Origin: an uncultured Acidobacteriaceae bacterium
GTDB lineage: Bacteria > Acidobacteriota > Terriglobia > Terriglobales > Acidobacteriaceae
Direction of reading: 5' to 3'
Assembly (NCBI GenBank): GCA_963776535.1
Contig: CAVZNB010000019.1
Span: forward strand, 19,409-83,408
Length of the DNA stretch: 64,000 nucleotides
Positions 55,433 through 64,000 of this stretch are shown here, piece after piece (within the stretch, counting starts at the first letter, position 1; each line of letters starts with the position of its first letter). The position numbers and the translations under genes are program-made. Under the pieces are notes generated by a model. The model was not told the origin of the DNA. It saw nothing but the letters and a program-made list of their open reading frames with translations, and ran no database searches.

Positions 55433-56656
55433 ATGAAGAACAAAGCAAGAGTAAGTGTCATGGTGATCGCGCTCGCGTTGCTTGGCTGCAAGGGCGTCCA
55501 GCCCAGCGCAGTTGCAAACGGTGCAAGTGATATGAGCGGAGCTACGGCCGAGGAGGCGGCAGGCGGCACTGCATCTTCGGGGAGCGGGACCCAGGTCGAG
55601 CCCATCCACGATCCGTCGCTGGATATGGATGCCATCGAGGTCACCATTCCGGCAGGCTGGAAGTTCCAAAGCGTCTTTATGCAGGGAGGCACCTGTGTGC
55701 CCACGCCGTTCGGCGTCTTCCGCTCCGCCAGCCCGGACGGTTGGAGCATGGTGGAACGGATGCCGACGCTGGCCTGGCAGTGGGGCCGGGGGCCCATGAT
55801 CGCTAACGCCGGGAAGACCGACTGCCTGCCCATGAGAGGGCCTTTAAGCGCGCAGGACTTTCTCAAGTACATGGCCGGAACCATGAGCGTGCACTACGAC
55901 GGGCCCGCGCCGGTTCCCGCGGACGAAGAAGAAAAACAGCAGCAGCAGATCCGTGACTCCCAGGCTCGTTACGCCCCGCAGTACGCGGCCAGTCACTTGC
56001 AGCAGCCCAGGACGAATAGGGAACTGGCGCGCGCCCAGGTCAGCTATACCATCGGATCCACGCCCATGAAAGGCATTCTGGATGTAACAGTCGATTGCAC
56101 AGAGCAGACCTTTGCAGGGCAGCAGGGGCTCTCCAACTGGTCGCCGGGCCATCCCGCGCAAATCGTGCAGGGTCCCGCATCCATCATGGATAAGTGCCTG
56201 GCCAGCACCAGCTACTACACCGCGCCGGAGAACAAGCTTGCCGCCGTTATGGGGCGCTGGCAGGCGCCGGGCATGGGCACCAGACCCGTGGACGCCTGGA
56301 TCAATGCCTGGATCAACCGGAACAGGCAGCAGACGAATGCCATGATCAACCAGTGGAACCAGGCTGCCGCCGCCAAGCGTCAGGCCACCGCCCAGCAGTT
56401 TGCCCACTCCATGGCCGTGCAGAAGCAGATGCACGAGCAGTTCATGGATAGCATGCAGGCAAGCACAGACGCCTCCATGGCGCGCACCGGGGCTGCAATG
56501 TATACACGTTCCACCGCCGCCTCCGACTTCGTCGACCTGGCCCTCGACCGCCAGACCGTTCTGAACACCAGCACCGGGCAGGTCGACAAGATCACCAACC
56601 AGGTCAACGTCGAAGACCCGCTGGTAAAAGTCCACGGCAACGGCGCTCCCTGGTAA
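55433..56656 (+). CDS. Hypothetical lipoprotein
   Basis: SD GGGAG; MKNKARVSVMVIALALLG-C lipobox; Gln/Met-rich C-terminal helix. Confidence 0.8.
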   Translation: MKNKARVSVMVIALALLGCKGVQPSAVANGASDMSGATAEEAAGGTASSGSGTQVEPIHDPSLDMDAIEVTIPAGWKFQSVFMQGGTCVPTPFGVFRSASPDGWSMVERMPTLAWQWGRGPMIANAGKTDCLPMRGPLSAQDFLKYMAGTMSVHYDGPAPVPADEEEKQQQQIRDSQARYAPQYAASHLQQPRTNRELARAQVSYTIGSTPMKGILDVTVDCTEQTFAGQQGLSNWSPGHPAQIVQGPASIMDKCLASTSYYTAPENKLAAVMGRWQAPGMGTRPVDAWINAWINRNRQQTNAMINQWNQAAAAKRQATAQQFAHSMAVQKQMHEQFMDSMQASTDASMARTGAAMYTRSTAASDFVDLALDRQTVLNTSTGQVDKITNQVNVEDPLVKVHGNGAPW

Positions 56657-56744
56657 CCACCTGCGGCGGGGCAGACGCCGCTTCGCGGCCATCCGCGCGG
56701 CGGGGTCTCCGCGATGTCTTGGGTTGAACCCCGGTTTGAAACTG

Positions 56745-58166
56745 CTACGCGTCCACCCGGCTGAGCACAACGGCCCACTTGCGGATGGCCTCAGGCGTAA
56801 CCGGCTCTGCGCCCGCCTCGCTTGCCGCCAGTTGCACGGCAAAGTTGCCCAGCGTCGAGCTCTCCGGATGCCCGATCTCCACGGGCCGGTGGGTGCGCTG
56901 CGCGGTCAGCTCCGTCAGCAGCTTGTTGCGGCTGGCGCCGCCCAGAATGTGAATCCGCTTCAGCGGCTGGCCCAGCAGCCTCTCCAGGCTGGTCAGCGCG
57001 TAAGCATAGCGGTCGGCCAGGCTCTCGAAGATGACGCGCGCAAACACCGGCTCGTTTCCGGCCACGTCGGGAATCGTCTGCCAGCGCCTGCGCCACAGCT
57101 GGTGGTTGATCCGCTCCGGCATCTCCGAGTCCAGCAGCAGCGGCTCCGCGTCCACGTCGATGATGCCCGGAAACCCTGAGATCGCCGCCTGAGCCACCAG
57201 CTCCTCAATCTTCCATGGCCGCCCCTCGGCCGCCCACTCATCCATGCACTGCTTCAGCAGCCACATCCCGTTCACAAGCGAGTGGAAGCACAGGTTTCCC
57301 CCCGCCGCGCCCAGGTTGGTGTAGCGCGCCTGAAAAGCCTCGCTGTTGGTGACCGGCTCCGCAATCACCGTGCCCACCAGCGACCACGTTCCCGAACAGA
57401 TGTAGAGCGTGGAATCCAGGCTCGAAGGAATGCCCGCTATCGCCGATGCCGTGTCGTGGCACGCTGGTGCAATCAAGACTGTGTTTCGATACGCGTCGAG
57501 CGCCGCCAGCGGCCCCGTCAGCGGACCCAGGATCGTACCGGACGGCACTATCGGCGGCGCAGCCTCAATCGATAGCCCCAACTTCTCAAACAGCTCCGCA
57601 TCCCAGTCGCCCGTGGCCAGGCTCACCAACCCCGTGTGGGTCGCGTTGGTTTGCTCCGCCACGCGCCGCCCGCCCAGCCAGTGCAGCACATACTCCGGCA
57701 TCATCACCCAAGGCGCTCGCGCGTCAACTCCAGCTTCCTTGTCGGCCAGCAATTGGTAAATGGTGTTGATGCGATGCGGCAGCGCTCCGGTGCGCGTGTA
57801 GAGTTCGGCCGCCGGAATCACCTTGTCCGTCGCCTCCTTCACCGCCTCGGTCCGCTCGTCGCGATAGCAGAACGGCGCATCCAGCGGCTCGCCGTTCGGG
57901 GCCAGCCGCACGTAGTCCACTGACCAGCTATCCACGGCAATCGAAGCAACGCCCTCGTCCGCAATCACCGCCGCCTTGCGCAGCCCCTCGTCCAGCCCCG
58001 CGAGAATCGTCTCCAGCGGCCAGTGCAGCTGCCTGCCGCGATGCACCGGGCCGTTGGGAATGCGATGAATCACGCTGACCGTCGGCTGCCCATCCACCCA
58101 GCGGAGCAGGGAGACGCGGCAGCTTTCCGCGCCCAGGTCGATGGCTATCCGTGCAGGTTCTTGCAT
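56745..58166 (-). CDS. rhaB: Rhamnulokinase (FGGY family)
   Basis: IAIDLGAESCR, DSWSVDY, YRDERT, NTIYQL, CHDTASA, CSGTWSLVG and GGASRNKLL. Confidence 0.92.
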   Translation of the reverse strand: MQEPARIAIDLGAESCRVSLLRWVDGQPTVSVIHRIPNGPVHRGRQLHWPLETILAGLDEGLRKAAVIADEGVASIAVDSWSVDYVRLAPNGEPLDAPFCYRDERTEAVKEATDKVIPAAELYTRTGALPHRINTIYQLLADKEAGVDARAPWVMMPEYVLHWLGGRRVAEQTNATHTGLVSLATGDWDAELFEKLGLSIEAAPPIVPSGTILGPLTGPLAALDAYRNTVLIAPACHDTASAIAGIPSSLDSTLYICSGTWSLVGTVIAEPVTNSEAFQARYTNLGAAGGNLCFHSLVNGMWLLKQCMDEWAAEGRPWKIEELVAQAAISGFPGIIDVDAEPLLLDSEMPERINHQLWRRRWQTIPDVAGNEPVFARVIFESLADRYAYALTSLERLLGQPLKRIHILGGASRNKLLTELTAQRTHRPVEIGHPESSTLGNFAVQLAASEAGAEPVTPEAIRKWAVVLSRVDA

Positions 58167-58210
58167 ACAGTGGTTCTCCGGTTGCTGTAGAAGGAAAGCA
58201 AGACTGCCAA

Positions 58211-58237
58211 GTGGCTTTTTCCTCAAGGAAAAGCCAC
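58211..58237. other. Intergenic hairpin between the aldolase/SDR gene and rhaB
   Basis: GTGGCTTTT(T)CC-TCAA-GGAAAAGCCAC. Confidence 0.55.
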
Positions 58238-58308
58238 ACTTCACGGCCCTCAAGACTCCACGTAAACTGGAGAACCGCTCGAAGAAGCAGTTCAATCCAA
58301 AGAGGAGT

Positions 58309-60531
58309 TTAACGCAGGAACGCCTCGGTCAGTCCGCCGTCCACGGGAATCAGGTGGCCGCTGGTGCAACGCGAACGCGGGCTTCCCAAAAAGAGAATCG
58401 CCTCCGCGCAGTCTGCCGGATCAATCGGCTGATGCGTCAGCGTGCGTTTCGCATAGTACCCGGCCAGCAGGTTGCGCAGCTCGTCGTCGCTCAGCGCGTC
58501 GTCGAACGGGATGTTGTACTTGGTCAGCGACGCTCGCACCCGGTCGCGCGGAAACATCGTCGATCCCTTCACCACCGTCGCCGGGCTGATGCCATTCACC
58601 CGCACCCGCGGCGACAGCGTCACCGCCAGCTCCCGCACCAGATGCGAGACCGCCGCCTTGCTCACGTCGTACGCCTCTGACCCGCGCTTCGAAACCACCG
58701 CGTTGGCCGAGCTGGTCAGCACAATCGCCGCGTCCAGCGCCTGCTCGTTGAAGATCTTTGCCGCCTCGTCCGACAACAGGTAGTTCGCCGTTACGTTGAT
58801 GTCCAGCGTCGTTGCCCACATCGCGTCGGAGATCACCCCGTCCGGCGACGACGGGAAACATGGCCGCGGTGTTGACCAGGATGTCCACGCCGCCAAACGC
58901 CGCCACCGTCGCTGCCAGCGCCTTGCCAATCGCCTCGCGGTTGCGGATATCCACAGCCGTCACTGCCGTGAACTCCGCCGAGGTCACAGCCTTCAACTCC
59001 GCAACCACCCGCGCCGCCGCAGCCTCATCGCGATCGGCCACCACCACGTGTGCCCCGCGTGCCGCGGCCAGGTGCGCCACTTCGCGTCCAATGCCGCTGC
59101 CTCCGCCCACCACCAGCACCACCCGCCGGCTCAGCTCCTTCTCCGGCGGCTGGCGGCGAATCTTCGCCTCTTCCATCGCCCAGTACTCAATGCGGAACGC
59201 CTCAATGGGCGGCAGCGCCACGTAGTTCGAAAACACCTTGAAGCTCTTCGGATCCTGCCCCACACCCACCTGCGGCAGCGTTCCCGTCACTTCGCCCTCG
59301 CCCAGCAGGCTCGCGCCTTCCATCACGTGAATGGCGTTGGTGTAGAACTCGCCCGTAATGCGCGCCTCCGTCTTGTTCTTGCCAAAGCTGAACATGCCCA
59401 GCCCCTGGATCAGCACCACAGTCGGGCTGGCGTCGCGCAGCGCCGGCGAGTCCGCCGTCGCAAACGAGTGGTAGTACTCCGCATACTGCCTGCGATACTC
59501 CTCCAGCGAAACTTCAATCTGCTGCTTCAGCGCGCCCACGTCCGCGCCCTCCGCCCACGGCACAAACAGCGGCCGAATCTTGGTCCGGATAAAGTGGTCC
59601 GGGCAGCTCGTTCCCAGAAACGCCAGCTCCTTCGCATACGCCGAGTTCACAAACTGCAGCACATCCGGCGCATCGCTGAAGCTCGCAATCCAGCGGTTCT
59701 GCTTGCTCACCCGTCCGCGCAGATACGGCGCAATCTTCACCGCCAGCTCGCGCCCGATCCTCGCGCGCCGCCACCGCCTGCCCGCCAAACCGCGCCGGCC
59801 CCTTGGCAATCCCGTGCCGCTCAATAAACTGCCCAATCTGGTCGATCACCGTCAACGTGTTCAGGTAGCACTCGCGCTGCGTCTCGCCCCACGTAAACAG
59901 CCCATGCCCGCCCAGCACAATGCCGTCGCAACCGGGATTGTCCTTCACCGCCTGGCGCAGCATCAGCCCCAGCTCGTAGCCCGGCCGCTGCCACGGTATC
60001 CACACCAGCGCGTGGTTGAACTCGCGGTTGAACTCCTCCATCTTCGCCTTGCCGTTGGCCGAGGCCGCCAGCGCAATCCCCCAGTCCGGATGCAGGTGGT
60101 CCACATGCGGGAAGGGAAGAAATGCGTGCAGCGGCGTGTCAATTGAAGCGGCCACCGGGTTGTTGCGGAAGGTGCACAGCGGGTACATCGCCACCATGTC
60201 GTCCTCGTGCTCCACGCCCTTGTAGCTGCGCTCCAGCGCCAGAAACTTGTCCATGGTAGAGCGTGGCCAGCCCGGCGCGTTTCATGCTGCCCAGGTCCCC
60301 GCCCGATCCCTTCACCCACAGCACTTCCACGGTCTCGCCCGTCAGCGGATCAATCTCACGCACCTTCGAGCTGGTGTTGCCTCCGGCAAAGTTGGTAATG
60401 CGCAGGTCGGAGCCCAGCAAATTGGACCGGTAACGGAGCGACTCCGCCCCATCCAGGGTTGCGGCAACAGCGGAGTCCCAGCGGTCTTCCAGGAACTTCA
60501 GGGTAGGGGAAGGTGCGATGGCTTGTGTCAT
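58309..60531 (-). CDS. rhaD: Bifunctional rhamnulose-1-phosphate aldolase / short-chain dehydrogenase; frameshifts near 60253, 59755 and 58855
   Basis: RSNLLGSDLRITNFAGGNTSSK, SIDTPLH, HLHPD, GTSCPDHFIRTK, EYWAMEEAK, GGGSGIG, YDVSK and VDGGLTEAFLR. Confidence 0.9.
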
Positions 60532-60659
60532 AAATACCATTCTACGGGGAATTTTTTCGAGCGTAGACAAGATACCACACCGGAATAACAATAGAAAACA
60601 TATTTCGTATTCGAATCCATACGATTTAATGCAAAGGAATTCCGCCCGCCCGTGCCATC

Positions 60660-62456
60660 ATGATCTCCATGGCGGAAAATTGCAGATTGCCAAGGTTGGC
60701 ACGGCGCATCGTCCGCCTCGCTCTGTTGCTCGGGATCGAGCTCGCCCTCAACCTCGCCTCGATCCGATTGCCGGCCCAGGCGCCGGCCCAACCAGTCTCT
60801 CCGGCAATCACCATCGGCGGCGTCGTAGTCAGCACAGTCACCGGCAAGCCCATCGTCAACGCCCTGGTCAAGCTCGCCAACGACGGCCGTTCCATGCTCA
60901 CCGACGATGCCGGGCATTTCACCTTTTCCAACGTCACCCAGCCGACTGAGGTCATCTCCGCCAGAAAGCCCGGATTCCTGCAGCAGTTGGTCAACGATGA
61001 GATGAGCGGCCTGCGCAGCCTCACCCTCATGGGCAAGGACATCGACCTGAAGCTGGCCCTCATGCCCGAAGCGGTCATCGCCGGACAAATCCGCAACGGC
61101 CAGGGCGAACCCGTCAAGCTTGTGCAGCTCACGCTCCTGCGTCGAATTGTCGACGACGGCGAACTGTCCTGGCAGGCCATCGGAAGCGCGAAGACCAATG
61201 CCGAGGGCGCGTTTCGGATTCCCAACCTCAACCCCGGCCGCTATTACCTCAGGACCGAAACCACCATCGACCCTGACGCGGCCTATCCCAACGAGCACAC
61301 CCGCAACACCGATGTCGACCGCGGCTACGTCTCCACCTGGTACCCCCACGCAGCTGCTGAGGTGGATGCCCAGCCCATCGTCGTCGCCGCCGGCGACCAG
61401 TTTACGGCCAACTTCACCCTGCCCAACCTTAAGTTCCAGCCGGTCAGCGTAGCCTGTTCCTGGCCCGGTATGCAACCCAACGGCAGCGCGGGCTCCACGC
61501 TCTACGGCCCGCATGGCGTCGAGTACGGCCTCCTTCCGGAATGGGACCAGGAGCACCAGCTCTTTCACTTCTTTGCTCCGCCCGGCAAATACTCGCTCTC
61601 AGCCGCGATTTGGCCGCACGCCAATCAGCAAACCGGCGAGATGGAGCCCTGGCAGGATGGCCGGAAGGACCCTTACCTGGGAACGGTCGAATTCACCGTG
61701 GCAGATGCTCCCGTGGAGCTGCCCCCAATGGCAATGCAGTTACAGGAGCCCCTCACCATCCCCATCCACGTCCGTTTCGACTTCACCCAGCAGGACCGCC
61801 TCAAAGCAGCCATCACGCAGTACGACGCCTATTTCCCCCCCGACGCGCAGATCAACCTGATCGCCGCCCAGGCCGACTTGCAGCACAGCAAGGGCCAGAC
61901 CATCGCGGCAGCCGAATGGCGCTACAAGAACCCCGAAGAGCATTTCGAGTTCAAGGATGTAGTGCCGGGCGTCTACAAAGTGCAGGGCTGGTCCACCGAT
62001 GGCGGATACACAGCTGCCCTCACCTGCGGCAGCACCGACCTGCTCCGCCAGTTGCTCGTCGTCAAGGCCGGCTCGCCCGCCTGCTCCATTGAGGCGCTTC
62101 TGCGCGACGACTCGGCTTCGGTCGATGTCGTCTTCACCGCGGAGGCGCAGGCAGCCTTGAAGGCCTCCGGCCTCAACGCCGTCTCTGTCTCCCTCATCCC
62201 CCTCGACAACCCCGTCAAGTCCCCCCTCTCCACGCTTCTCTTCGGAGCATCCGACCCGGCGCACTTTCAGAGTGTTTCCCCGGGCGACTATCTTGTCGTC
62301 GTCCCCAACTCCGCGCAATCCGTCTCCGTCAGCGATCCGCCCGTAGCCTGGCGCGATCCCGAAGTCATGAACACCCTCAAGGCGCACGGCAAAGTTCTTA
62401 CGCTCAAGGCCGGCGAAAAGATCCAGGTCCAGCTGGACTGGTGGGCAGGGAAGTAG
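60660..62456 (+). CDS. Secreted carboxypeptidase-regulatory-like (beta-sandwich repeat) protein
   Basis: GVVVSTVTGKPIVNALV, TDDAGHFTF, ARKPGF, TNAEGAFRIPNLNPGRYYL and VSPGDY. Confidence 0.85.
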   Translation: MISMAENCRLPRLARRIVRLALLLGIELALNLASIRLPAQAPAQPVSPAITIGGVVVSTVTGKPIVNALVKLANDGRSMLTDDAGHFTFSNVTQPTEVISARKPGFLQQLVNDEMSGLRSLTLMGKDIDLKLALMPEAVIAGQIRNGQGEPVKLVQLTLLRRIVDDGELSWQAIGSAKTNAEGAFRIPNLNPGRYYLRTETTIDPDAAYPNEHTRNTDVDRGYVSTWYPHAAAEVDAQPIVVAAGDQFTANFTLPNLKFQPVSVACSWPGMQPNGSAGSTLYGPHGVEYGLLPEWDQEHQLFHFFAPPGKYSLSAAIWPHANQQTGEMEPWQDGRKDPYLGTVEFTVADAPVELPPMAMQLQEPLTIPIHVRFDFTQQDRLKAAITQYDAYFPPDAQINLIAAQADLQHSKGQTIAAAEWRYKNPEEHFEFKDVVPGVYKVQGWSTDGGYTAALTCGSTDLLRQLLVVKAGSPACSIEALLRDDSASVDVVFTAEAQAALKASGLNAVSVSLIPLDNPVKSPLSTLLFGASDPAHFQSVSPGDYLVVVPNSAQSVSVSDPPVAWRDPEVMNTLKAHGKVLTLKAGEKIQVQLDWWAGK

Positions 62457-62591
62457 CGGCTCCATCTCTCTCCCTTGCACAGATCGTCTATGTTTTGAAG
62501 GGGCGCGGCTTAAACACGGCCGGCCCGCACGCCACAAGGCTCAAGAAAGCGCAGCGACAACGAGCCGAAGGAAAGCCGGGGGGCCTGACGC

Positions 62592-63071
62592 ATGGGACGC
62601 GACGAAGGCATCGTCGGAACATGGAAACTGATCTCCGCCTCGATCACCACCCAGGCCGGCGAGAGCCGCCCGATGTTGGGCGAAGATCCGACCGGTATTC
62701 TCACATACACCAGCGATGGCCGAATGACGGTAATCCTTGCGTCCGGCGGACGGCCTCCGCTTTCGATCGAAGATTCGGTGGCCGCACCCGCGATGGAACG
62801 AGCGGAAGCGTTTTCTACCTTCTCCGCCTACGCGGGGCGCTACACGTTCGAAGGAGACCGAATTACCCACCACATTGAGATCGCGTGGTATCAGAATTGG
62901 GTTGGGACGGATCAAATTCGTTTTGTCGAACAGCAAGGGAATCGCCTTTCGCTGAACGCGCCATCGCTCTCGATCGGCGGCCAACAGGTAGCCGCGGAGA
63001 TACTGTGGGAACGAATCAATGAGTGCCGCACTCGGCGAGCCATCGAACCGCCGAGGCTCCCGACTCTATGA
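62592..63071 (+). CDS. Lipocalin-like domain protein
   Basis: IVGTWKLIS, GILTYTSDGRM, AYAGRY, NWVGTDQIR and LWER. Confidence 0.85.
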   Translation: MGRDEGIVGTWKLISASITTQAGESRPMLGEDPTGILTYTSDGRMTVILASGGRPPLSIEDSVAAPAMERAEAFSTFSAYAGRYTFEGDRITHHIEIAWYQNWVGTDQIRFVEQQGNRLSLNAPSLSIGGQQVAAEILWERINECRTRRAIEPPRLPTL

Positions 63072-63081
63072 GGAGGCAATC

Positions 63082-63453
63082 ATGGCCGTATCCATCTTCC
63101 ACATCGGCCTGCCACTCGATCATCCATTGATCCCGGCAGAGGAACGCCCAAAGATCGAGAAAAGGTTGCGTGATCTCAAGGAACGCATGACACGCGCTGG
63201 ATATGCCTACGAAATCATCCAGGCATCGCCCGAGACCGGCCTCGACGCTTTCAAACATCGGTTGCAGACGCAGCCTTGCGACGGCGTGCTCATCGGAGGT
63301 GGAGTCGTCGGCAATGAGGAGCTGTCCTGGTTCATGGAGCAGATCATCGACGCGACCCATCAACTGGTCCCGAATGCGAAGATCATGTTTTACAACCACT
63401 CCGTCGACGTACAAACAATTGTGGAGCGGTGGTTCGGCCCCCAGCCCGAGTAA
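63082..63453 (+). CDS. Hypothetical alpha/beta protein
   Basis: Strong SD AGGAGG; DGVLIGGGV...FMEQIIDATHQLVPNAKIMFYN. Confidence 0.75.
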   Translation: MAVSIFHIGLPLDHPLIPAEERPKIEKRLRDLKERMTRAGYAYEIIQASPETGLDAFKHRLQTQPCDGVLIGGGVVGNEELSWFMEQIIDATHQLVPNAKIMFYNHSVDVQTIVERWFGPQPE

Positions 63454-63535
63454 AGGCCTGCTGTTTCACAAAGGCTTACTTTTTATGGACTCACTCAGTT
63501 TGGTCGTCTATTCTCGGTGAACTGGAGAAGTATAG

Positions 63536-63994
63536 ATGCCGAATGTAGATTCTCATGATGCGCATCAGCGCGCGATTGCGGACTATGTGGAGTCTTCCCA
63601 GTTCGCTAGAACGGCCGCCCAATTCACCTTTGGCGCCAACGGCGGCGCGGCAGCTGCTGTTCTGGCGTTCATCACAACCACGATAAATTCTGCCGCGAAG
63701 ACTGAATTCGATAGACGCCTGATCGTCCACAACTTCTCGATTGGCTGTTCGATCTATGTTTTCGGGCTCCTCGTAGCCGCCATCAGCATGTATTTGTTTG
63801 CCAGGTCGAAGAAGCAATGGGGGAATGCGTGGGAGGAAGTGGCGTTAAACAAAATCGACTTCGACTTCGCGAAGAATGATTTTGCGGTCGACGCCGAAAA
63901 GCAGGAAAAACGCGCCTGGGGAGCGCTCGTTTTCTCGGTCCTGATGTTCGCAACGGGCTCGGGTTTTTCGCTATTCTGGTTCCTCCAGCAATAA
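63536..63994 (+). CDS. Hypothetical membrane protein
   Basis: SD GGAG; ANGGAAAAVLAF; three TM segments. Confidence 0.7.
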   Translation: MPNVDSHDAHQRAIADYVESSQFARTAAQFTFGANGGAAAAVLAFITTTINSAAKTEFDRRLIVHNFSIGCSIYVFGLLVAAISMYLFARSKKQWGNAWEEVALNKIDFDFAKNDFAVDAEKQEKRAWGALVFSVLMFATGSGFSLFWFLQQ

Positions 63995-64000
63995 TTCGAC

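Overview
GC-rich bacterial chromosome segment, most likely Acidobacteriota (Terriglobia-like). The evidence is an ADOP-type duplicated permease, an acidobacterial VWA protein, Oar-type TonB receptors and several lineage-style secreted hypotheticals. In order, the window holds: the 3' part of a TonB-dependent receptor; a TPR protein; an SSS transporter and a serine hydrolase-NamZ (DUF1343) fusion; a PLP deaminase / N-acyl-D-amino-acid deacylase / GntP / Tat-lactonase cluster; fhs; UPF0182; a cysD-cysN-cysH-tauE operon; a TonB receptor preceded by a DUF2946-like RGPP uORF; hom; an orphan HTH gene; LacI and GH78 rhamnosidase; D-Ala-D-Ala dipeptidase; pstCAB-phoU without pstS; S10 and M19 peptidases; several hypotheticals; dnaE; ADOP; VWA; aldo/keto reductase; DUF3863; rhaB and the rhamnulose-1-P aldolase/SDR fusion; and further hypotheticals. 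About 20 small indels break conserved genes, including essential dnaE, so they are best read as long-read sequencing errors. I saw no rRNA, tRNA, CRISPR array, integrase or transposase. The most interesting signals are two ribosome-based sensors in front of convergent operons: (1) an unannotated Cys-Cys leader peptide with mutually exclusive RNA hairpins upstream of cysD, a candidate cysteine attenuator, and (2) a Cys/His-rich signal-anchored uORF ending in RGPP upstream of a TonB receptor, a candidate metal-sensing arrest peptide. There is also a plausible oxidative amino-sugar pathway next to a peptidoglycan-recycling enzyme. All family assignments come from motif recognition by eye, not database searches.
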